From positions 16,627 to 80,626 of the IMG/VR virus record IMGVR_UViG_3300005805_000068: DNA of 64,000 nt, one strand, 5' to 3'. Below the pieces are notes generated by a model. It was not told the origin of the DNA. It did no database searches and saw nothing but the letters and a program-made list of their open reading frames with translations. Shown in pieces: positions 28,862 through 35,554 of this stretch (position 1 is the stretch's first letter; each line of letters starts with the position of its first letter). The translations under genes and the position numbers were made by a program. This DNA is from a virus (Duplodnaviria > Caudoviricetes).

Positions 28862-29944
28862 ATGACCTTACGGAACCATACTATGAGAGACCTTATATCA
28901 AAATTAGACGCATTAATCAATGAAACTACACTTAGTACATTCGATCCTAAAGATGACTATGATGCTAAATCTAAAAATTTACAAGATCTAGAAAGAAACA
29001 AAGACATAGATCCCGAAGCTGTTAAGCAACGTAAACTAGATCTAGATAAAGAAGCACGTGCTAAAGGTGTTAAAGAAGAGTTTGAAGTTGGGGACTCCTT
29101 CGGAATTAGCTTTTCAGAAGATCACGAAATTTCTACAGAAATTGTAGGATTTTTAGAAGATGGCATCGTTATTGATCTTGATGATGCTGCTTTAGAGATG
29201 TTAGATCAAGAAGGAATATTCTTTATCGAAGGCGAAGTTCTAGATGAAAGTAAAGGACCATGTTGGGTAGGCTACAAACAGGTAGGAATGAAAAATAAAG
29301 GCGGTAAGCAGGTTCCTAATTGTGTAAAAGAAAGTGGACTACAATACTACACCGGCAAAAAGAAATACGGTAAAGATGGAATGACTGCATTAGCACAAGC
29401 CGGTCGTGATGGTGCTTCAGAACAAGAATTAGGCAAAATCAAAGACAAATACAAGAAAGAAGATCACGGTCCGGAAGATCCAGACGCAAGTTACAATGTT
29501 GGTGAATATGATCGTGAAGGTGATATGGCCAAAGATCAATTACGTACTGTAAATGATGCTGCCAAAGAACTATACAGTATTATCCAAGCAGATGAAAATC
29601 TTCCAGAATGGGTGCAGGCTAAGATTACTAAGGCCATGGACTATTTAGATACAGCACGTGATTACATGAAGGCCAACAAATATGCCGAAGATATTGATAT
29701 GGACGAAGCCAAATATCACGGTAAAGAAGTTCCGCTAGGTAAAAAATTACCAGGCGATGTAAAGAAATCAAAAGTATATGTGCGTAAGCCTAATGGTAAG
29801 ATCGTTAAAGTAAACTTTGGCGATAAGAAAATGCGTATCAAGAAATCTAATCCAGCACGTAGACGTTCATTCCGTGCTAGACATAATTGCAAAAATCCAG
29901 GACCGCGTTGGAAAGCACGCTATTGGTCATGTAGGAGTTGGTAA
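28862..29944 (+). CDS. Modular putative internal head protein
   Basis: Short modules (GPCWVGYKQVG..PNCVK; EGDMAKDQL..LPEWVQAKIT; KVNFGD..RRSFRARHNC..ARYWSC) separated by Glu-ending motifs. Start may be 28883. Confidence 0.6.
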   Translation: MTLRNHTMRDLISKLDALINETTLSTFDPKDDYDAKSKNLQDLERNKDIDPEAVKQRKLDLDKEARAKGVKEEFEVGDSFGISFSEDHEISTEIVGFLEDGIVIDLDDAALEMLDQEGIFFIEGEVLDESKGPCWVGYKQVGMKNKGGKQVPNCVKESGLQYYTGKKKYGKDGMTALAQAGRDGASEQELGKIKDKYKKEDHGPEDPDASYNVGEYDREGDMAKDQLRTVNDAAKELYSIIQADENLPEWVQAKITKAMDYLDTARDYMKANKYAEDIDMDEAKYHGKEVPLGKKLPGDVKKSKVYVRKPNGKIVKVNFGDKKMRIKKSNPARRRSFRARHNCKNPGPRWKARYWSCRSW

Positions 29945-30282
29945 TGAAGTTATTCGAACTGTTTAGTCCTATCGGAGCTCCTAAGGAAGCCGATCAAGAT
30001 ATTGATTGGATAGGTGACTTAAAATTTTATATCGACAATGATGAAAAAATGCTCAGCAATTATTTCTTTCCTGCTGTTAAGCGTCATCAAGAATACAAAG
30101 GCAATCCAAATGCCTATAAAATTTATATCAGACCTATTGAAAAATGTTTAGATAGTTATTGTCAACAATATGAAATCCAAGATCGAGAAGTAAAATTTCC
30201 TAAGGAACAGCTTATTGAATTGGCTAAGCAAATGGCTGAAGAACAAGAAAAGCACATAGACCACGGCGACTATGAGAATTAA
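29944..30282 (+). CDS. Hypothetical protein with MKLFELF N-terminus
   Basis: TAATG coupling gives a start at 29944. Confidence 0.6.
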   Translation: MKLFELFSPIGAPKEADQDIDWIGDLKFYIDNDEKMLSNYFFPAVKRHQEYKGNPNAYKIYIRPIEKCLDSYCQQYEIQDREVKFPKEQLIELAKQMAEEQEKHIDHGDYEN

Positions 30283-31366
30283 CGAACTATTTGAAGCAGA
30301 TTCGAAGCATGCCGCATTTTGTTTCGGCAGAATGAATCCTCCTACGGTTGGACATAAACAATTACTAAACACTGTTAAAAGTGTAGGTGGGGATCATTTC
30401 ATTTTTGTTAGCCAATCACAAGATCCTAAAAAAAATCCTTTAGATTATTCTACCAAAATTAAGTTTATGAAACTTATGTTTCCCGAACATGCTAAAAATA
30501 TTGTAGAAGATTCAAGTCTAAATACGGTTGTAAAAGTTGCTAGTTACGTGTATAATTTAGGTTATAGAAATGCAACCTTTGTAGCAGGGAGTGATAGATT
30601 AGATACTATGAAACAGCTACTTACGCAATACAATGGAGTAGAAGGCAAAGCACACGGTTTCTATCAGTTCGATGTACTTGATTTTAAGTCAAGCGGTGAT
30701 CGTGAAGACGGAGCGGAAGGAGTTGCTGGAGTTAGTGCGAGCAACGCTCGAGTTGCCGCAGCTAATAATGATTTAGAAGCATTTAAAGAATCAACAGGTG
30801 CTGGACAGTATGCAGAACCACTGTTCAAAGCAGTTCGTCAAGGTATGGGAATACAAGAAGGACTAGAAGAAGGAAAATTTAGAAGTAGAGATGTTGAAGA
30901 ACGATTGATACCTAATAAAAAATTAAATGATCTAAAAAGTAAATATCTTCCCGATTGGGAAATGTTGGATCACAGAATTCTACAGGCAAAGTATGTTGCT
31001 AAGGATCATAGACATGCCGAGGAATTGGTTTCTTACATAAACAAAATCAGTGAAGAAATGGATCATTTTGCTGAAGTTACCCAAGATGTTGCAGAAGTAA
31101 CTGTTAAGACTTCAACCTTTGATGTTAAAGGTTTAACTGTGTTAGATTTTAAACTAGCATTAAAAGTTGACAAATATGCAGAGTCTAACGATATCGAACA
31201 GGTAAGAATGCAAGGTAATTTTGGTATGCACGAAGGCAAGAAAGATGCCTGCTATAACAAAGTTAAAAGTCGTGTCAAAGTATGGCCTTCAGCTTATGCC
31301 AGCGGACAGTTAGTGCAATGTCGCAAACGCGGTGCTGCCAATTGGGGAACAGGTAAGAAAAAATGA
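30272..31366 (+). CDS. Fusion of an HxGH nucleotidyltransferase-like domain, a pterin-4a-carbinolamine dehydratase-like domain and a basic Cys module
   Basis: FGRMNPPTVGH; W...LQAKY..KD......INKISEEMDHFAEV....VTVKTSTFDVKGLTVLDFKLA; DACY.KVKSR.KVWPSAYASG.LVQCRK. Confidence 0.65.
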   Translation: MRINELFEADSKHAAFCFGRMNPPTVGHKQLLNTVKSVGGDHFIFVSQSQDPKKNPLDYSTKIKFMKLMFPEHAKNIVEDSSLNTVVKVASYVYNLGYRNATFVAGSDRLDTMKQLLTQYNGVEGKAHGFYQFDVLDFKSSGDREDGAEGVAGVSASNARVAAANNDLEAFKESTGAGQYAEPLFKAVRQGMGIQEGLEEGKFRSRDVEERLIPNKKLNDLKSKYLPDWEMLDHRILQAKYVAKDHRHAEELVSYINKISEEMDHFAEVTQDVAEVTVKTSTFDVKGLTVLDFKLALKVDKYAESNDIEQVRMQGNFGMHEGKKDACYNKVKSRVKVWPSAYASGQLVQCRKRGAANWGTGKKK

Positions 31367-31719
31367 GAGCGCACGAGTTTATCAATGAGGACCTGCGTAA
31401 ATGGTTTAAACAAAAGTGGGTACGATTTGGTCCCGACGGTAAGATCCGCGGAGACTGTGCTAGAGGATCAGAAAAAGAAGGCAAGCCTAAGTGTTTACCA
31501 CAAAGCAAAGCACATGCACTAGGCAAGAAGGGTAGGGCCTCGGCAGCGGCTCGCAAGCGTAGAGAAGATCCTAATCCAGAACGCAAAGGCAAGGCGATTA
31601 ATGTCAGTACTAAGAAAAAATCAAATGAAGATGTAGCAGAAGGATATGGACGTTACTGGTGTTCAACAGATAAGAAATGGAAAACTCGCAAAGGGCCTAA
31701 ACAAAAGAGATCATCATGA
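31363..31719 (+). CDS. Basic putative internal head protein
   Basis: MRAHEFINE leader followed by an EDLRKWFKQKWV...C...KPKCLP module. Confidence 0.6.
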   Translation: MRAHEFINEDLRKWFKQKWVRFGPDGKIRGDCARGSEKEGKPKCLPQSKAHALGKKGRASAAARKRREDPNPERKGKAINVSTKKKSNEDVAEGYGRYWCSTDKKWKTRKGPKQKRSS

Positions 31720-32177
31720 AGATAGCCGATATTATTGAAAGTCGTGGGCATAAGATTATTGCTACTAAACTGGCAAATATGGACCGTATGAAAAATATTC
31801 AAATTCCTACTCCCGCCGAACGTAGAGCACAACTAGATAAACAAAAAGAACAAGAAAAGAAAATTAAAGAAGGAATGCCTGGTTGGGATCGAGAATTTTC
31901 TGTAGGCACATATACATACTATACCTACGACGAAAGAGAAGAGGATAATCGTAAAACATTCCATGCTGTACAAAGTGATGACGGAAAACAATTTGATGTA
32001 GATTGGACACCATACGGAAAAATGACTCCACAAGACTTAAAAATTTGGATCAAATTAGGTATGCCTGATCGCAAATCTATTAAGAGTATCGGTCCATTGC
32101 GTCATGAAGATCTAGTCAAATATGCACAAGCACAAGGTATTGCTAATCTAGATCCAGAATTAGCAGGCGCAAAATAA
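31716..32177 (+). CDS. Hypothetical protein with MKIADIIE leader
   Basis: 153 aa with ATGA overlap. Confidence 0.6.
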   Translation: MKIADIIESRGHKIIATKLANMDRMKNIQIPTPAERRAQLDKQKEQEKKIKEGMPGWDREFSVGTYTYYTYDEREEDNRKTFHAVQSDDGKQFDVDWTPYGKMTPQDLKIWIKLGMPDRKSIKSIGPLRHEDLVKYAQAQGIANLDPELAGAK

Positions 32178-32386
32178 TGGAATTAGACGAACTAAAAAAA
32201 TTAGCAGGTATTACAGAGTTCAAAGGATTTCAACTTTACGGTGGTAGCAATATCAGTATTACCGGTAATGAGAAACAAAAGTTAGAAAAGGAGCATAATA
32301 TTAAACCAGGTACTCCAGAATGGTTTCAATTATGGTTCAGTTTACCATACCTAACTGGTGAACCACCGATAGGAGATAAGAAATGA
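32177..32386 (+). CDS. Hypothetical protein
   Basis: 69 aa, [11 protein letters not shown]...PGTPEWF.LWF. Confidence 0.6.
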   Translation: MELDELKKLAGITEFKGFQLYGGSNISITGNEKQKLEKEHNIKPGTPEWFQLWFSLPYLTGEPPIGDKK

Positions 32387-32733
32387 TCACAGTAATAGAG
32401 CAACCACAATTAGTCACCATAGCACCAGGTGCTATTGCTAAGATCAAAGAACTGATCGCAGAAGAAAATAATCCTAATTTAAAATTGCGTATGTTCGTTA
32501 GTGGTGGCGGATGTAGTGGTATGCAGTATGGATTTACTTTTGAAGAAGAAGCCAACGAAGATGATTTTGATCTAGAGTTTGAAGGCATACATCTGTTGAT
32601 TGACAGTATGAGCAGTCAATATCTACAAGGTGCAGAAGTAGACTATACAGAGTCATTACAAGGTAGTCAATTTAGTATTAAAAATCCACAAGCACAAACT
32701 ACATGTGGGTGTGGGAGTTCTTTTAGCGCATGA
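32383..32733 (+). CDS. erpA: A-type Fe-S carrier (ErpA/IscA, HesB family)
   Basis: [17 protein letters not shown] and TCGCGSSF motifs. Confidence 0.92.
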   Translation: MITVIEQPQLVTIAPGAIAKIKELIAEENNPNLKLRMFVSGGGCSGMQYGFTFEEEANEDDFDLEFEGIHLLIDSMSSQYLQGAEVDYTESLQGSQFSIKNPQAQTTCGCGSSFSA

Positions 32734-33380
32734 GAGCCAGTGATTTAGCATTACCGGAGGGAATGGAAATCTATCTAGATATGGATGGGGTTCTTGCAGA
32801 CTTCTTTCACGAATATGCTAAGTTGGCAGGTGTTCCAGCAAACAAATATGGTAAACACGATTATCGCAGTATTCCTCCAGCCAAGGCAGATCCTACATTA
32901 GATAAAATGGTAGGTACAGATTTCTTTGATAGACTTCCTAAGTTCCCTACAACTGATAAACTAATACAAATTGCTGTAGATGCAGCAGGTGGATATAATA
33001 TCTGCTCAAGTCCATTACGTGGTGATCACGAAGGATCAGCAAAATATAAACGTAGTTGGATTGCTAGAGAATTAGAAACACAACCTAAACTAATACACAT
33101 CACTCCAAACAAAGCCAAATATGCTAAAAATGCTGATGGTATGCCTAATGTATTAATTGACGATCGAGGCAGTAATATTTCAGCATGGGAAGCAGCAGGC
33201 GGCATTGGTATCAAATATCAAGCAGACGAGAACAGCCTCAAAGTAGTATTAGACGGACTTAAACGTGCCCGTCGTATTGCTAAGGGTGAAGAAGAACATG
33301 AACCGCAAGAATTAGTCAGCAAGGATAGAGGCGGCAGTTCTGCTATTGCTACTCCTGGAGATAAGAATGAGAGCATTTGA
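32730..33380 (+). CDS. HAD-family 5'(3')-deoxyribonucleotidase-like protein
   Basis: [19 protein letters not shown] and LIDD...W..AGGIGI motifs. Confidence 0.85.
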   Translation: MRASDLALPEGMEIYLDMDGVLADFFHEYAKLAGVPANKYGKHDYRSIPPAKADPTLDKMVGTDFFDRLPKFPTTDKLIQIAVDAAGGYNICSSPLRGDHEGSAKYKRSWIARELETQPKLIHITPNKAKYAKNADGMPNVLIDDRGSNISAWEAAGGIGIKYQADENSLKVVLDGLKRARRIAKGEEEHEPQELVSKDRGGSSAIATPGDKNESI

Positions 33381-33690
33381 ATTTATCACAGAAGCCAAGC
33401 GTAAAAAGCGCAAACCACGCTGGGCTGCTTATGGTCCAGGTCCATTTGGCGGATATGGATATGCTGTAGGCTATAGTGGAGACGGCGGTGTTGCCAGTGG
33501 AGACGGTGGCGGAGTTGGAGAAAACTTCGCAGATAGTAAAAAGCCAGGACGTAAAGGACTAGCCAAACGTAGTGGTGTAAACTGTAAAGCCAGTATTAGC
33601 AGCCTACGTAAAACTGCTAAGAACAGCACAGGTGAAAAACGTAGAATGGCACATTGGTGTGCTAATATGAAGTCAGGTAGAAATAAATAG
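33367..33690 (+). CDS. Basic Gly-rich protein with MRAFEFITE leader
   Basis: Start at ATG 33367. C-terminal KPGRKGL..R.G..C...AHWC.NM module. Confidence 0.6.
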   Translation: MRAFEFITEAKRKKRKPRWAAYGPGPFGGYGYAVGYSGDGGVASGDGGGVGENFADSKKPGRKGLAKRSGVNCKASISSLRKTAKNSTGEKRRMAHWCANMKSGRNK

Positions 33691-33696
33691 TATATC

Positions 33697-33957
33697 ATGA
33701 AAATTAAAGACATTTTAGAATCAGCAACAGCGGGAGCTACAAGCTCTGGCAATATTGCTACTGTTGTAAGCCCACATCTTGCTATAGGTAAAGATCTCGG
33801 CAATAAATCATATACAGGCAGTCCTGGAAAATCAGGTACAAAAGCACCTAAAGTTCCTAAAGTAAAACAACCAAAGAATCTAGATGGAACAGCTAAAAAC
33901 GCTTTGGACATGAAAGGCACCAATATATTTGGTGGTGGCTCTGCCATTAAAAGATAA
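33697..33957 (+). CDS. Hypothetical protein with MKIKDILE leader
   Basis: ATAAATA directly upstream. Confidence 0.6.
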   Translation: MKIKDILESATAGATSSGNIATVVSPHLAIGKDLGNKSYTGSPGKSGTKAPKVPKVKQPKNLDGTAKNALDMKGTNIFGGGSAIKR

Positions 33958-33994
33958 ATACAATATGACCCTTTAAAACCCAAGGAATAAGGAA

Positions 33995-34840
33995 ATGGAC
34001 TTTAAATCACTAGTACAAAAAATTACAAGCATGGACGATCCTATCAAGACCGTTGCTGCTCCAGAACTTCCAAAAGCTGTTCAACTCAATGAAGACGCAG
34101 AATTGCGTGTCTTAGCTGGAACTTCAACTATTCTTGCAGAAGCAAAGAAAAAAGAAGAATCTGAAAAGAAAGAAGAAAGTGTTAAAGAAGAAATGGAAGT
34201 TGGTGATTCAAAGAAAACTGCAGGTGGTGGCACAGTTACTAAAACAGCAACTGGTATTATCCACAAAGGTAAAAAATACGGCGGTGAAGAAGAAAAGTCA
34301 GATGACGAAGAAGACGCACCTAAATCTAAGAAAGAATCTATCGATGCAGAAGCATTTAAAGGCAAGTTTGCTAAAATGGTAGAAGCAAAGAAAGAAAAGA
34401 AAGAAGATAAAAAGAAACCAATGAAAGAAGCTGCTAAACCAGATTTCTTAGACATTGACAAAGATGGCGACAAGAAAGAGCCTATGAAAAAAGCTGCTAA
34501 AGAAAAGGGCGGCGATAAGAAAGATGGCAAGAAGGGCATGAGTGCTAAACAAGCCAAATATTTTGGAAAGAAAGACGAGTCTGTAAAGTCCGATAAGAAA
34601 GTAGTAGCAGAATCAGTAGAACCAAAATTAACTTTCAAAGATATGGTTAAACTTGTACAAGAAAGTGGTGGCCAACAACGTATCGATGCTAAAGACGAAG
34701 CATTATTTTCCTGGGCTCAACGTGTAGCTGCTGCTAAATTTACAGAATCAGCAAAACAAGAAGTATATGCCGGATTAGTTTATGAACGTATGGGCGGCGT
34801 ATTTGAAATGTACGACGTTCTTTCAGAAAATCAAAAGTAA
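33995..34840 (+). CDS. K/E-rich putative head core/scaffold-like protein
   Basis: Highly charged, with about ten xxE-(A/S/D) motifs and an EF-hand-like DFLDIDKDGDKKE segment. Confidence 0.55.
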   Translation: MDFKSLVQKITSMDDPIKTVAAPELPKAVQLNEDAELRVLAGTSTILAEAKKKEESEKKEESVKEEMEVGDSKKTAGGGTVTKTATGIIHKGKKYGGEEEKSDDEEDAPKSKKESIDAEAFKGKFAKMVEAKKEKKEDKKKPMKEAAKPDFLDIDKDGDKKEPMKKAAKEKGGDKKDGKKGMSAKQAKYFGKKDESVKSDKKVVAESVEPKLTFKDMVKLVQESGGQQRIDAKDEALFSWAQRVAAAKFTESAKQEVYAGLVYERMGGVFEMYDVLSENQK

Positions 34841-34855
34841 TATTACCAAAATAAC

Positions 34856-34889
34856 AAAAAGCCAGCAATTTTAATTGACTGGCTTTTTT
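34856..34889 (+). terminator. Rho-independent terminator ending the head-protein cluster
   Basis: AAAAAGCCAG-CAAT-TTTA-ATTG-A-CTGGCTTTTT inverted repeat with T-run. Confidence 0.75.
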
Positions 34890-34903
34890 GTTGGCTATAT
34901 AAT
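34875..34903 (+). promoter_or_regulatory. sigma70 promoter for the dsbA-like to DNA polymerase unit
   Basis: TTGACT (34875-80), N17, TATAAT (34898-903). Confidence 0.8.
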
Positions 34904-34923
34904 AGTGATTATAGGAGAATATT

Positions 34924-35184
34924 ATGGCAAAAATTTACGGTCCAGAAGAAGCAGCAAAATTACAAAAACTCATCCAAGAAGGCTCAACAGTATTGAGAGA
35001 AGTTGAAGATCTTTCAGAAGGTCTACGTGAAACTGTTAAATCAGTGGCAGAAGAATTACAAATCAAACCTAGCATCATTAATAAGGCGATTAAGATTGCG
35101 CATAAAGGCGATTGGAAAGCACACGAAGAAGAATGGGAAGAATTAGAAGGCATTCTTGGCATCACTAAAAATATAGGCGAGTAA
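34924..35184 (+). CDS. T4 DsbA-like dsDNA-binding protein
   Basis: Helical 86 aa protein ...LRETVKSVAEELQIKPSIINKAIKIAHK.... Located upstream of the polymerase. Confidence 0.6.
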   Translation: MAKIYGPEEAAKLQKLIQEGSTVLREVEDLSEGLRETVKSVAEELQIKPSIINKAIKIAHKGDWKAHEEEWEELEGILGITKNIGE

Positions 35185-35483
35185 TGGATCAGATAACCAA
35201 TGTCTTCGTCGACGTATATAAATGGGCTAAAAAAGACTATAGGACTTATCCTTTTAGGTTTTTCATTGAGTTTATTGCTTGGCTCATTAGTATTGGTTGC
35301 TCTATCACTATGGCACTCACCGTTCCTAACCCTCCTCTTGTTATTCTTTATCCTATATGGATTGCTGGGTGTGTTATGTACGGCTGGGCTTCTTATAGTC
35401 GTGGGTCTTTTGGTATGTTGGCCAATTATCTATTACTTGTCACGATAGACACTGTAGGCCTAATTAGGATGCTAAGTAATTAA
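35184..35483 (+). CDS. Small multi-pass membrane protein
   Basis: Three hydrophobic segments. Confidence 0.65.
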   Translation: MDQITNVFVDVYKWAKKDYRTYPFRFFIEFIAWLISIGCSITMALTVPNPPLVILYPIWIAGCVMYGWASYSRGSFGMLANYLLLVTIDTVGLIRMLSN

Positions 35484-35495
35484 TGAATAAGGTTA

Positions 35496-35549
35496 GATCA
35501 GCCATAAATGATCATTTTGGTATTTGCAAGCCGGAAGTTGCATAAGGAG
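35496..35549 (+). promoter_or_regulatory. Twin hairpins upstream of the polymerase SD (candidate translational operator)
   Basis: GATCA-GCCATAAA-TGATC (35496-513) and TGCAA-GCCGGAAG-TTGCA (35525-542), followed by TAAGGAG. Confidence 0.5.
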
Positions 35550-35554
35550 AATAA

